Assembly (NCBI GenBank): GCA_963753545.1
Contig: CAVWCQ010000008.1
Span: 300,645 to 364,644, forward strand
DNA length: 64,000 bases
Source of the DNA: an uncultured Chloroflexia bacterium
GTDB lineage: Bacteria; Chloroflexota; Anaerolineae; Aggregatilineales; Aggregatilineaceae
Direction: 5' to 3'
A program made the translations under genes and the position numbers. Positions 19,929 through 31,109 of the stretch are shown here, in pieces. A model generated the notes under the pieces. The model worked only from the letters and a program-made list of their open reading frames with translations, did not search any database and was not told where the DNA came from. Every line of letters begins with the position of its first letter. The first letter of the stretch is position 1.

Positions 19929-20390
19929 CTAGCGCCATTCCCAGACCGCATCGCCATTCAGGATGCGCCGGATCTGTTCGGGAAAGCGGTCAGGATCGAG
20001 AGGCTTGCCCAGGAATCCATCAAATCCAGCTTTTTGCGCACGCCCCATTTCGTCTTCACTGGCTTCGGCAGTGACGGCGACGACTCGTGTATCGCGCAGG
20101 CGGGGGTGGCTGCGGATTTTGCGGAGGGCCTGATAACCGTCCTCGTAGGGCAGGCGAATATCCATCAGGATCAGGTCGAGCCGGGGGAGCGTGTCGGCAA
20201 ACTGAACGACCTGCCAGCCACTGGTTTTCCATTCACAGTGGTTGACGCCCATGTGGGCCAGCAAACGGGCGATCAGGACAAAGTTCGGTACATTGTCTTC
20301 CACAACGAGGATATGAGCCTCATGAGGACTAGCTGCCCCACGCTCAGATGGGTTCTGAACGCTCATCGAAAGTTTCTCCCTCTTTTGCAA
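19929..20390 (-). CDS. single-domain CheY-like response regulator receiver
   Basis: ILVVEDN...LILMDIRLP...VVAVTAEA...AGFDGFLGKP. Confidence 0.75.
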   Translation of the reverse strand: MQKREKLSMSVQNPSERGAASPHEAHILVVEDNVPNFVLIARLLAHMGVNHCEWKTSGWQVVQFADTLPRLDLILMDIRLPYEDGYQALRKIRSHPRLRDTRVVAVTAEASEDEMGRAQKAGFDGFLGKPLDPDRFPEQIRRILNGDAVWEWR

Positions 20391-20455
20391 AAGCCTGGCT
20401 CGGGGCCGGAATGTGATGCTAATCCTAACCGCGATAACCTTAATCTGTCCAATTC

Positions 20456-22234
20456 CTAGTATTCTCGCCTAAACGGATCGCCACCCTGGGCGACCAGTTG
20501 GTAACGCACACTGTCTGGCGGAATTTCCATCAGCACAACCAGCCGTTCCACCAGTTCCTGAAAAACAGGGGCGGCAGTCTTGCTGCCCCAATACCCATCG
20601 GGATTGTCCAGCTTGACCAACACCGACACAACCGGATCATCAGCAGGCAAAAAGCCGACAAACGAGGCAACGGACTGATCCGCCGAATAACCACCAGGGA
20701 TAGGAACCTGGGCCGTGCCTGTCTTGCCTGCGACCGTATAGCCGGGAAAGTCATAATCGTCTACGCTTTTAGGCGAGGTAACAACCTGCACCAAAATATC
20801 ACGAGCCTGGTGCGCCGTCTTTTCGCTGATCGGGCGGCTGCTGGCGGAGATGGGTGTTTCGATGATCTTGCCGCCGTCGATGCGCGCCTTGACGATATGC
20901 GGCTGCATGATCAGCCCATCATTGGCGACGGCGTTTACGGCGGTCAGCATTTGCAGCGCCGTGACGGATACACCCTGGCCAAAGCTGGTGGTCAGATAGT
21001 TGGCCTCGGACCAGTCCGATTCGCCCGGTTCGTTGAGAATGCCTTCTTCTTCACCCTGCAAGTCTACGCCTGTGCGGGTTCCGATGCCAAACTCTTCCAG
21101 CTTTTGGTAGACATATTCATAATCCATCTGCATGTAGAGCGTCGATGTACCCGTGTTCAGGGAATCGATAAAGACGGTGGCGAAATCGGGATTCCCGCGG
21201 GAACCGTAGTCCCAGTTGCAGATGGTGACGCCGTATTTCTCAAAACAGCCGGGGTCGTAATAGGTCCAGGTGTTGGGATCAATGCCCAATTCGATGGCAA
21301 TGGCCATCGTCACCACCTTAAAGACGGAGCCGGGTTCGTAGATGGTCGAAATGGCCGGATTGCGGGCGCGCTTCATGTTATCATTTGACGCATCTTCGGG
21401 GTTAAAAAGCGGCTGTCCGGCAGAGGCGTTGGCAATCGCCAGAATTTCCCCGGTGCGCGGGTTCATGATCAAAATGGTGCCGCCGTCCGCGCCCTGTTCA
21501 ACAATGGCCTTATCCAGGACGTCCTGGGCCAGATATTGCAGGTCCCGATCAATGGTCAGAACGAGATCAACGCCGTCGCGCACGCTCGACGCATCCAGTT
21601 CACCTTCGTCAAGCAGGGGGATCAGGCTCTGCGTGATGCGCTTGCTCTGCCCGGCGAGGACAGGCTGGTAATACCCTTCGACGCCCCAATAGCCGCGCCC
21701 ATCACGGGTATCGGACGACCCGGCAAAAAAGCCGACGATCTGGGCCGTCAGCGCGCCCTGCGGGTAGATGCGGGCCGGCATCGGATCGATGACCACGCCG
21801 TCCATATGCAGATCGATGATCGCCTGCCCCGAATCAAAATCAACCAGGCTGGAGAGCAGCACATAGGGCGGATACGTGCCGTCATCGTTGGGGGCAAGCA
21901 TGTCGTACACTTCGTCTTCGGGCAGCTTGAGCAGGGGGGCGAGTTCGCGGGCCGCTTCCTGGCGATCATTGATTGATCCCGGACTGACGCCCACCCGGTA
22001 ATTATAGGTGTTAACGGCGAGCAGATTGCCGTTGCGATCATAAATCTGGCCGCGATTGGGCATGACCTCAACCGTGCGGCTGTAGCGGGCCTGTGCGTTA
22101 GTTTCCAGGTCCTCTTTCACGGTGGGATTCATATAGAACTGAAAAGACAGCAGGCGAATAATCAGGCCGCCGCTGACCACAATCAACAGGGCGCTCAGGA
22201 GCGTGATCCGTCTATGCAGTGTTTCCGTGTTCAT
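20456..22234 (-). CDS. ftsI: peptidoglycan D,D-transpeptidase (FtsI/PBP2-class penicillin-binding protein)
   Basis: N-terminal TM helix, dimerisation domain, transpeptidase motifs (STIYEPGSVFK, SFGQG-like, KTGTA). Confidence 0.85.
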   Translation of the reverse strand: MNTETLHRRITLLSALLIVVSGGLIIRLLSFQFYMNPTVKEDLETNAQARYSRTVEVMPNRGQIYDRNGNLLAVNTYNYRVGVSPGSINDRQEAARELAPLLKLPEDEVYDMLAPNDDGTYPPYVLLSSLVDFDSGQAIIDLHMDGVVIDPMPARIYPQGALTAQIVGFFAGSSDTRDGRGYWGVEGYYQPVLAGQSKRITQSLIPLLDEGELDASSVRDGVDLVLTIDRDLQYLAQDVLDKAIVEQGADGGTILIMNPRTGEILAIANASAGQPLFNPEDASNDNMKRARNPAISTIYEPGSVFKVVTMAIAIELGIDPNTWTYYDPGCFEKYGVTICNWDYGSRGNPDFATVFIDSLNTGTSTLYMQMDYEYVYQKLEEFGIGTRTGVDLQGEEEGILNEPGESDWSEANYLTTSFGQGVSVTALQMLTAVNAVANDGLIMQPHIVKARIDGGKIIETPISASSRPISEKTAHQARDILVQVVTSPKSVDDYDFPGYTVAGKTGTAQVPIPGGYSADQSVASFVGFLPADDPVVSVLVKLDNPDGYWGSKTAAPVFQELVERLVVLMEIPPDSVRYQLVAQGGDPFRREY

Positions 22235-22285
22235 CCGATTGCCCCCTCAGTTCCCATCTCGCCATTGATGGTACTGGTCGCGAAA

Positions 22286-22741
22286 TCAGTCCCATTGTTT
22301 TTTGAGCCACCCGGTCATCGTCTCGTCGTATACCGGCTCGGCCTCGATTGGTGTAGGCGACGGTGTTGGTGTCACCTGCGGGCGGTCATAGCGGTAGCCT
22401 TCAACTGGAATCCATTGAATTTCATCGGGCTGCGCCTCGCGGAAGCCCAGTTCGGCAGCGCGAGTCATAACCCGTGGCAGGCTTTCCAGTTCGGCAATAT
22501 CGGCGCGCAGCCGTTCATTATCCAATTCAAGTTGAGTCCGTTTATCGGTCAGTTTTTCCAGTTCGCGCCCGGTTGTGGTGGTGGTTGTCGTCTGGATCAA
22601 ATAAAGCGCGCCAATGGTGATGCCGACGATCACAACCAGAGTCAGCACGGCAACCAACTGTGTCTGGTTACGCCAGGGCTGCTGCTCCAGCGTATGTCTG
22701 ATCCAGGATGGCCGTTCGTCGCTCAATGGTAATGCTTCCAA
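22286..22741 (-). CDS. FtsL/septum-formation-initiator-like protein
   Basis: Single TM helix plus coiled coil (LELDNERLRADIAELES), located between rsmH and ftsI. Confidence 0.45.
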   Translation of the reverse strand: MEALPLSDERPSWIRHTLEQQPWRNQTQLVAVLTLVVIVGITIGALYLIQTTTTTTTGRELEKLTDKRTQLELDNERLRADIAELESLPRVMTRAAELGFREAQPDEIQWIPVEGYRYDRPQVTPTPSPTPIEAEPVYDETMTGWLKKQWD

Positions 22742-22798
22742 GTTTCGATAAGACTAACGGAATTATACACCAACAACGATCAACGCATGATCAAAAAG

Positions 22799-23749
22799 TT
22801 ATACGGGTTCTAATCGTTCGACAACGCGCAGTTTGGCGCTGCGGCTGCGCGGGTTGGTGGTTATCTCGTTTTCGGATGCTTCAACAGGTTTGCGTGTGAC
22901 CATTTCCACCCGTGCATGATGCCCGCAGGTACAGACGGGCTGGCGCGGCGGGCAGATGCAGTCTGTTGCTTCCAGTTTAAAGGTCGTCTTGACGATCCGA
23001 TCTTCCAGGCTGTGAAAACTGATCACGGCCAACCGGCCAGCGGGACGCAGCAGATCAATGGCGAGGGGCAGCACGCGCTCTACCGCGCCGAGTTCGTCAT
23101 TCACAGCGATACGCAGCGCCTGAAAGGTTCGTGTCGCCGGGTGAATCTTCTCGCGCGGGCCATGATGGGTGCTGGCAACCACTTCGGCAAGCTGGCGCGT
23201 CGTGGTCAGGGGCCGGGCCTTGATGATGGCGCGGGCAATGTGGCGGCTGTTGCGCTCCTCGCCGTAACGGAAGAGGATATTGGCCAGTTCGTCCGCATCG
23301 TAGGTGTTGACCATATCGGCGGCGGTAATCTCGGCGGAGGTCGGATCGAAGCGCATATCGAGCGGGCCGTCCTTCAGAAAGGCGAAGCCGCGCGCCGCGT
23401 CATCGACCTGCATGGACGAGATGCCCAGATCGAGCAGGATGCCGTCCACGCCCGATTCGCTGCCTACCCATTCGGGAACGATTTCATCCATTTCCGTATA
23501 ACTGGCGTGGCGCAGCACTGCCCGATCCCCGAATGGGGCCAGACGATCCTGGGCCAGGGCCAGCGCTGCCGGGTCGCGATCCAGGCCCAGCAGGCGGGAG
23601 TCCGGCGCAGCACTGAGGATCGCGGCGGCATGTCCCCCTGCGCCTACTGTGCCATCGACAAAACGCCCGGCGGGCAGTTCGGACACGCGCAGCAGATTCA
23701 ATACCGCGTCCAGCAGGACGGGAATGTGAGGCCGATCTGGATGATCCAA
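22799..23749 (-). CDS. rsmH: 16S rRNA (cytosine1402-N4)-methyltransferase
   Basis: SAM-binding GGHAAAIL motif. Conserved MraW architecture at the head of the dcw cluster. Confidence 0.9.
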   Translation of the reverse strand: MDHPDRPHIPVLLDAVLNLLRVSELPAGRFVDGTVGAGGHAAAILSAAPDSRLLGLDRDPAALALAQDRLAPFGDRAVLRHASYTEMDEIVPEWVGSESGVDGILLDLGISSMQVDDAARGFAFLKDGPLDMRFDPTSAEITAADMVNTYDADELANILFRYGEERNSRHIARAIIKARPLTTTRQLAEVVASTHHGPREKIHPATRTFQALRIAVNDELGAVERVLPLAIDLLRPAGRLAVISFHSLEDRIVKTTFKLEATDCICPPRQPVCTCGHHARVEMVTRKPVEASENEITTNPRSRSAKLRVVERLEPV

Positions 23750-23859
23750 CAGGTTCTCCCAACGCCACTTGTACTCGCGCTGAGTTTAGACGAGTTGATC
23801 GCTCGGCGCAAACGGCTATGAGCAAAAGATCGGGCTAATAATACAGAACCGGAACCAGA

Positions 23860-24341
23860 TCAACTTCTGTCTCTCGGCTGAATGGTGCTGTCTTCACCGC
23901 TGATCCAACCATAACCCACCGCTGCCGCATCAATATACCACCATGTTCCCGCGCTGTTCCGCCCATAAATCGCGGCAGATTGGCCTGTATAGAGCACCCC
24001 GGCTGGAGCGGTGTTTTTTCCCAGGGAGGGAAAGATCAGGGTATCGCGCTGAGCCGTGATCAGGCAGGGTGGGGGCACCGGTTCTATCTTGCCTTCTTCC
24101 AGCAGACTCTGGTAGAGGCCATCCAGATAGGCATGACCGCCGTAGATGTAACTTGTGTTGTCGGATGGGTCACATACTGCTGGGCGACAATCGCTTCGGC
24201 ATAGGCGGGATTCTCGGAGCAGACGTCGGCAGGGGAGACTGGCGGATCCGTTCCTCGGAGATGGAAGGCCGCCCCGAACAAAAAAGTGAGCATGGCACAG
24301 ATCGGCAGATTCAGGAGGATAAGTCTTCGCATGGCTCCATT
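23860..24341 (-). CDS. small secreted hypothetical protein with an apparent frameshift near 24190
   Basis: Signal peptide MRRLILLNLPICAMLTFLFGAAF in one frame. The C-terminal part (23860..24078) is in another frame. Confidence 0.3.
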
Positions 24342-24486
24342 TCCCTCAGATAGACGCATAAAAACAGTGTAGCGGGAACGAAAGTTATCCGCTGGGCGCT
24401 TGCCTGCCGCCTGCCTGATTTTGCTGCTGAGAATAAAGCACGGATGTGCTACAATTGGGGGCATCCGAGCAAAGAGAGAGCGATGT

Positions 24487-26383
24487 ATGAGCGACTATAT
24501 ACCCAGCGCACATATCCAGGACATCTTACAAAACCTTCCGGCGTCACCCGGCGTGTACCAGATGATCGATCCCAACGGCATGATCATCTACGTGGGCAAG
24601 GCGAAGAGCCTGCGCAACCGCGTGCGGAGCTACTTCCAGCCGAGCAACTATGACTCGAAAGTGCTGCGGCTGCGGGCCGAAGTGGCCGATATCCAGTTTT
24701 TGCTGACCGGGGATGAACTGAAGGCGCTGATCACCGAAGCGGAGTTGATTCGCGTCCACAAGCCGCGCTTCAACATTCTGCTGAAGGATGACAAACATTA
24801 CCCGTATATCCGCGTGCGGACGGGCGATCCGTTCCCAACGGTTGAAATGACGCGGCGTTTGGAACGCGGCGACGGTCACCGCTACTTTGGGCCGTTCACC
24901 TCGGCGGGGGGTGTGCGCGAGACGCTGGATGTGCTGCGCAAGGCGTTCCCCTATCTGACCTGTGATCGCGAGATCACCGGGAAGGATGCTCGCGCCTGCC
25001 TCTATTACGATATCAAACTGTGCGGCGCGCCGTGCATCGGGGCGCAAACGCGCGATGAATACTGGGCCGGGATTACCGGGCTGATGCGCGTGCTGGCGGG
25101 CCATGCCGACGAGGTGCTGGCGGATCTGCGTGGGGCGATGGAAGCCGCTTCGGAAAATCTGGACTTTGAGAAGGCGGCGCTGCTGCGGGATCGGATTCGC
25201 GTCGTGGCGCAGATTTCGGCCCGGCAGCGGTTGGTGCGCTGATTTTGAAGCGAACCAGGACGTGATCGCCTTCGCGCAGGAGGGCAGCGACGCCGTCGTG
25301 CAGATGTTCCTGATCCGCAATGGCAGACTGGTTGGCAGCGAATATTTCGCCCTGTCCGGCGCGGAAGACGAAACCGCCGACGAGATTATCGAACACTTCC
25401 TGACGCAGTTTTACCAGGAGGCCACCGACATCCCGCCGGAAGTGGTCGTGCCGAACGATCTGATCGAGACGAAGATCATCGAGCAGTGGCTGCGGGATCG
25501 GCGCGGCGGCAAAAAGGTCAAACTGGTCGTGCCCCAGCGCGGCAACAAGCGCGAACTGGTCCAGTTAGCGGCTCAGACTGCCTCGGAGAAACTGAATATT
25601 CTGCGGGCGCAGTGGGCCAGCGATACCGTCAAACAGGAAGCCGCGCTGAGCGAAATCCAGGAGGCGCTCAGTCTGCCGACGCCGCCCAACCGGATCGAGT
25701 GCTACGACATCAGCACGACGCAGGGCACGGCGATTGTCGCCAGCCGGGTTGTGTTTGTGCAGGGTGTGCCCAAAAAGGGCGAATACCGCCGCTTCAACAT
25801 CCAGACGGTGGCTCACGAAGGATCGGACGATTACCAGTCGATGCGGGAGGCGCTGACGCGGCGTTTCCGGCGCTATACGGATGCGGTCAACGCCGAACAG
25901 GCCCCACTGCCGCCCGGCAAAGAGGATCACGAGGAAACGTGGCGGGTGCTGCCTGATCTGCTCATTGTGGACGGCGGCAAGGGGCAGTTGGGCGTGGCGG
26001 TGGAAGTGCTGCAAAGTTTCGATCTGTTTGGGCGCGTACCTGTGTGCGGCCTCGCCAAACAGTTCGAGGAACTCTACCTGCCCAACGATCCCAAACCCGT
26101 TATTCTGCCGCGCCGCAGCGAGGGGTTGTTCCTGCTGCAACGGGTGCGGGACGAGGCGCACCGCTTCGCGATCACGGCCCATCGTGCCCGCCGCGCCAAA
26201 GCAGGACTTGCCAGCCAACTGGAACAGGTACCCGGCATCGGCCCGGCCCGGCGCAAAGCCCTGCTGAGGGCATTCAACAAGGATATCGAAGCGATTCGCG
26301 CCGCCAGCATCGACCAATTGATCACCGTGCCGGGTATCACGCGGGAGATCGCGGAGAATATCAAGGCGACATTGGGGGGCTAG
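24487..26383 (+). CDS. uvrC: excinuclease ABC subunit C with an apparent frameshift near 25238
   Basis: GIY-YIG N-terminus (GVYQMIDPNGMIIYVGKAKSLRNRV). UvrC C-terminal RNase H-like and HhH regions are in the second frame (25103..26383). Confidence 0.85.
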
Positions 26384-26654
26384 CGGCCCTCGTGGAGAAG
26401 GATTTTTCAAACAGAAGCGGGGCACCCAGTAGGTTGGGTGCCCCGCAGCCAATTGTTATTGCGCTAAACAGGTGATGGAACTGATGAGCCACTCCCCGTT
26501 CCCGCGTTCCAGTGTGAGAGTCGCCAGATCAACCGGGGTGTCACTGCCTGGGAATGTCCCCTGCATCACAACTTCTCCCGGATTTGCGCCGGGAAGAGTC
26601 GTCACCACTTCGGGTTGGTCCTGGGCACACAGCAGCAAATCGCCCAACTGGGTG

Positions 26655-27599
26655 TTATATGACTCTGTACCGCAAAGTATCCTTCAATTCGGGGGTCAGA
26701 TAGTGAATCCCGAAGAAGCCATGGTTGGTCAGCAGATTGTGATAAGTATCGTGCTCGAAGTCATAGCGGGTATAGACCAGATAGCGGTTATAGAAGTTCA
26801 GAACCTTTTCCGCGAGGGTTGTGTCGCAGCGGATATTTGCCATAACCCACAAATCGTTTTGCCGGGTCAGGTCAACGGATAGATCGCGCACCACACCGTT
26901 ACCGATAATGGCTTCAACCATCACCGCTGCTGTCTCACCGGTAGCCCACAGCGTATAGGTAAAGTAGCCGGATGGCAGTTCCGGGCCGCACAAAAACGGA
27001 TCCTGTGCGATCCCGGTCCCGGTTTGCAGGCTGTCCATGCGGGCGATCAGGTCGCTGGTCATGAGGTCAAAATCGTGATAAACGCCGTCCAGAAACGGAC
27101 TATCCGAGTAGCGTGTATAGCCCTCATAGAATGAGTTAACCACGCCTGCCGGGGTGATCAGGTCTTCGCAGCGCATGTCGCTGATCTTCCAGGAACCTTC
27201 CGACTGATCGAGCAGGAGAGTCATCTGGTACGGCTCTGGATTATCGCCATAATAACTATGCAAGAGGACGACCGCATCGGTATCGCTGGCGGATATTTCC
27301 TCGGCGCTGATCATCTCCGGGATGTTCTGGGCGCACAGGATTGGATCGTGGTGGAGCGTGGGATCATCCTGTAGTTCGTCAAGCTTCTGGATCATGGCGG
27401 CGGTCAGATAGGGACTGGTTGTGTAAAGCTGCTGCCCAAAGGGGTTTTTTCCGGCTTCCAAATCGAGTTCGCTGAGGTACCAGTCGTAGAACTGCTGGGT
27501 GACCACCTGCGGGCTGTCTGAGGCTTGAGCTGCCGCAACATGGCCGGGAACGAGGCAGAACGTGAGTATGAAGATCAATGATAGCATTTTTTGAGCCAT
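26655..27599 (-). CDS. secreted protein with three internal DUF3828-like repeats
   Basis: Signal peptide. Three repeated modules of the form FY(D/E)WY...(DP)xLCxQ(D/N/E)xP...W. Confidence 0.45.
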   Translation of the reverse strand: MAQKMLSLIFILTFCLVPGHVAAAQASDSPQVVTQQFYDWYLSELDLEAGKNPFGQQLYTTSPYLTAAMIQKLDELQDDPTLHHDPILCAQNIPEMISAEEISASDTDAVVLLHSYYGDNPEPYQMTLLLDQSEGSWKISDMRCEDLITPAGVVNSFYEGYTRYSDSPFLDGVYHDFDLMTSDLIARMDSLQTGTGIAQDPFLCGPELPSGYFTYTLWATGETAAVMVEAIIGNGVVRDLSVDLTRQNDLWVMANIRCDTTLAEKVLNFYNRYLVYTRYDFEHDTYHNLLTNHGFFGIHYLTPELKDTLRYRVI

Positions 27600-27716
27600 A
27601 GGTTTTCCCTCCTGATCAGTGATTGTAGCGTTTAAGGCAACTATGCCGAATCAAAATTCCTTTTTCGTATGTTTCTCTTATGGGAATAAACGGAGGATGT
27701 GAAATAATAGGGGATA

Positions 27717-29311
27717 TGAAACGCAAGCACCAAATGACCTCCGGCGAACGTGAGGAACCAAGCCTCAATCCATTCCGCCTGATGGTTGCCCTGTCGGCCA
27801 TCTTCTTTTTGTGTTTCCTGCTCTACGCGCTGCTTGAACCGTATCTGCCCGCTGATCTGACGCACGAAAACAAGCCCCGTGTCGAGATTGTGCCCTATGC
27901 GACACCAACAGATGCTGTTGCGATTGAGCCGATCATCCCGACGGAAGTGCCTGTTGTTATTCCAAGCGATGTGCCGCCCCTGCCTACCGAGACGCCAGTG
28001 CCTGTCCTGGTCATGAACGGGCGCATGATGATCACCCTGGAAACGGCTTCCTACGTGGCGGAGTTGGCCGATCTGCGCGGCATTAGCAACGAGATCAGCA
28101 GCGTGACCTTTAGTTCCGACGGGACGTATCTGGCATCGGGCAGCCGAGACGGAACGGTCCGGTTGTGGGACGTGGCAAGCCGAACGGAACTTCAAACGTT
28201 CCGCAGCAGCGGTGACTGGGTTGAGAGCGTTGCTTTCAGTTCGAGCGGTTTCCAACTGGCGGCTGCCGGGCAGGATAACATTGTGCGCAGTTGGAATCTG
28301 GTGACGAACCAGGAACTACCCGCGCTGCAAGGTCCACAAGGGGCTTTGCGGAGCATCAGCTTTAACCCGAGGGGCACGGTTCTGGCGGCGGCGAGTGATG
28401 ACGGCAATGTGTATTTGTGGGATGTGCAAAGCGGCGACCAGATAGCCTCTCTGCGCGGGCATACGGGCTTTGTGACGAGCATCGCCTACAGCGCGGATGG
28501 AACGCTGCTGGCGTCGGGCGGCGAGGATGATACGGTGCGGCTGTGGGACCCGGCATCCTATGCACTGCTGGCTACGCTGAATGGGCACAGCGCGGATGTA
28601 ACGAGCGTCGCCTTCAGCCCTGACGGGACACTGCTCGTTTCAAGCGATTCCAGCGGTGTGGCGATTGTCTGGGATGTAGCGGCGCGCAGCCAGCTTTCGA
28701 AGCTGGTCGGGGACTCCGAGCAGATCAGCGATGTCGCGTTTGGCGGACTAAGCCGTATGGTGGCGACCTCCGCCAAGGGGATCACTGACAACACCGTGCG
28801 GTTGTGGAACGCCGAGACGGGCGAGCTGGTGCGCGTGATCGAACTCGATGGCCCGGCGAATAGCATTGCCTTCAATCCCGATGGAACGCTGCTGGCTATT
28901 GGCGGCGGCAGTTATCTAACCCTGTGGAGCGTCAGTTCGCAGGCCCCGGCGGCAGCCGCCCCGGAGAGCTTAGGGCCAGAGAACTTCCCAACGGCTGGCC
29001 CGGAAGTGTCGGATGAAGTGCCGCAGACAGCCGATGGGCAGGGCGGATTTGACGCATCGAGTGGATTTACGGGATCCGTCAATCAAACGTGCACGCTGAC
29101 CAGCGAGTATCCCGACGTGAATGTTCGTACCGGGCCGGGCGAAGACTTTGATGTCGCGCGCGCGCTGGAGCTGGGTGATACCGTTCAGGCGAACGGCTGG
29201 ACACTCGTCACGACGGGCACATGGTGGCGACTTACCGATGGAAACTGGGTGTGGGCCGGAGTTGTGTCGGAGACGGACGGCTGCAACCAGATGCCCGCTG
29301 TCGAGCCGTAA
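27717..29311 (+). CDS. WD40-repeat protein with N-terminal TM anchor
   Basis: Multiple WD40 blades (VRLWD, VYLWD, VRSWN). Confidence 0.8.
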
Positions 29312-29597
29312 AATAATCTAATTGGCTCGAAAATGTAACAAAAGTGCCCATTTTGGCCCGTTCTGATCCATTACGGGCCATTTTTGATCATTTAGTGGTT
29401 TCCAATTAGCCGGAAATTCTTATAAGTTACTCACTTCCGGGCCATTTCTTCTCGTGGCGATCTGCGTACCCCCCTAAAAAACGGCACGGTGACTAACCGT
29501 TTCCTAACCTTGTTCTCGCCTGGAAAGAACAAATGCCGTTTCAGCCGGAGGCGCAAAAACCGCACAACGCGATTTTCCGAGGAGCTATCCTTGTTTA

Positions 29598-29678
29598 CAG
29601 GATAGCACAGATTTTCCCTAAAATACTCCCTTAAGGTTGAACCTTAAGTACGAATTTGGAGATGGACGTCTTTGAAAT
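29598..29678 (+). repeat. left copy of a ~85-bp inverted repeat (partner at 30630..30712)
   Basis: ACAGGATAGCACA...AATACTCCCTTAAGGTTGAACCTTAAGTAC...TTTGGAGATGGACGTCTTTGAAAT matches the reverse complement of 30630..30712 with few mismatches. Confidence 0.7.
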
Positions 29679-29697
29679 TACCTTCGCTGACCGTCCT

Positions 29698-29892
29698 CTA
29701 GTAGACCTTATATTCCGGATGCATGCCGTCGAACCGCTCGCGTCGAACATCGCCCAGTTCCTGGTCAAACCGCCGGAGATATTCGCCCAGAGGTTCCTTC
29801 TCAAGTTTTGCTTTTCGCATCGCGATCAGAAGCTCTTTAACCAGGATCTCCAACTCGTTTACATGTTTTTGGGAAACGGTTTCAAGGTTCAT
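29698..29892 (-). CDS. small hypothetical protein (64 aa). Coding strand is ambiguous, because a fully overlapping plus-strand ORF 29656..29895 starts inside the left inverted repeat.
   Basis: Charged helical peptide. Lies between the csp terminator and the left IR. Confidence 0.2.
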   Translation of the reverse strand: MNLETVSQKHVNELEILVKELLIAMRKAKLEKEPLGEYLRRFDQELGDVRRERFDGMHPEYKVY

Positions 29893-29935
29893 TGATCCCT
29901 ACCTTTTCTGGTTTACTCACAAGCACTCGTCGAAC

Positions 29936-29977
29936 TGCAAAAAAGAAAAATGCCCTGGATCAAATTGATGCAGGGCA
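29936..29977 (-). terminator. intrinsic terminator of csp
   Basis: Hairpin GCCCTGCATCAATTTGATCCAGGGC followed by a T-tract on the minus strand, ~35 nt after the csp stop. Confidence 0.65.
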
Positions 29978-30008
29978 TCGATGCTAGCTTGCGCTGCAGG
30001 CTGCGCGT

Positions 30009-30227
30009 TTAGTTGTTCGCGCGCATCACGTTGGTGGCCTGGGGACCTTTTTGGCCCTGAGTGACGATGAAAGTAACCCGCTCGCCCTCAGCCAGTTCAC
30101 GGTAGCCATCACCCTGGATTTCGCTGTGATGCACGAATACATCCGGGCCGCCTTCGCGTTCGATGAATCCAAAGCCCTTCTGGGCGTTAAACCACTTCAC
30201 AGTACCGCTCGTACGTTCTTCAGTCAT
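30009..30227 (-). CDS. csp: cold-shock protein (CspA family)
   Basis: [40 protein letters not shown]1/RNP2 motifs. 72 aa. Confidence 0.9.
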   Translation of the reverse strand: MTEERTSGTVKWFNAQKGFGFIEREGGPDVFVHHSEIQGDGYRELAEGERVTFIVTQGQKGPQATNVMRANN

Positions 30228-30629
30228 TTGGAAAATTCCTTTCCCACTAAAATTGGCTTGATGTCGTGGGAATGGAGTCACTTGGGGATAAAAAATACAG
30301 CGCGTTGATTGAGTTGCGCTGGAATTTGATACCACTTGTGCAAACAACCTTTTCCACCACAAACACTATTATACATCATATCTTCTAAACCGTCGAATTT
30401 ATGTGTTAGTGAAGCGTTTCTCACACGCCTCATATCTCAAGACTTTCATTCGTGTTTTAGTGTTGCTGACGGAAAATCAGGCACGACCACGCCGCAGATA
30501 GCCCCTATCCCCGACCCTTTCCCCGTGCATGCTGCGCGGCTTAGCTGCGCACGCATGCGTGGAGAAAGGGAGACGCGTTCCTCTCTCCACGCAGTGGGGA
30601 GAGGTTAGGAGAGGGGCCGCTTTTGATCA

Positions 30630-30712
30630 TTTTAAAGACGTCCATCTCCAAAATAGTACTTAAGGTTCAACTTTAAAGGAGTATTGTTCGTCGAACATTT
30701 GTGCTATACTGG
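30630..30712 (-). promoter_or_regulatory. right inverted-repeat copy. Probable csp promoter and 5' leader start.
   Basis: Lies ~400 nt upstream of csp on the minus strand. Cold-shock genes carry long 5' UTRs. Sequence identical in inverted orientation to 29598..29678. Confidence 0.45.
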
Positions 30713-31109
30713 TTGTAGGCTCGTGCTGTCCTTTCTGCCAGCGTCCCTCATGTAAGAACGCCGATCCGGTAGAGAAGCGGTTAGAAAACAGTTTGGGGAC
30801 ATGCCAAAAAATTATGATTTTGAAGATCGCTACGCGGAGAAGTGATCAACTAATTTTTTGCAAAAGTTAGAATTTGCAAAAAGGGGCTTTGTAGTACATA
30901 TACTTATAGGGAACCGCGCAAACTTCTGTTATTTCATCGTTTACCTGTTACGCTCCCAAGTTAGGGGGCCGACAGGTGAATGTCAGGTGGATTTCAGGCA
31001 AACGTCTTGAGTTTTTTCCAGAGCGAGCTACTATTGACTTCTAAAGACCCTGTGTTACAGGGTATAGTTGGCCGCTCAAAACAGAGGCCACAAAAAGGAG
31101 TGGGCTGCT

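Noticed and set aside
29330-29450. Three GGGCCATTT(T) motifs in the AT-rich region upstream of the csp cassette, as a possible regulator site array
   Set aside because: Short motif with weak periodicity. Could be chance and was not pursued as a feature.
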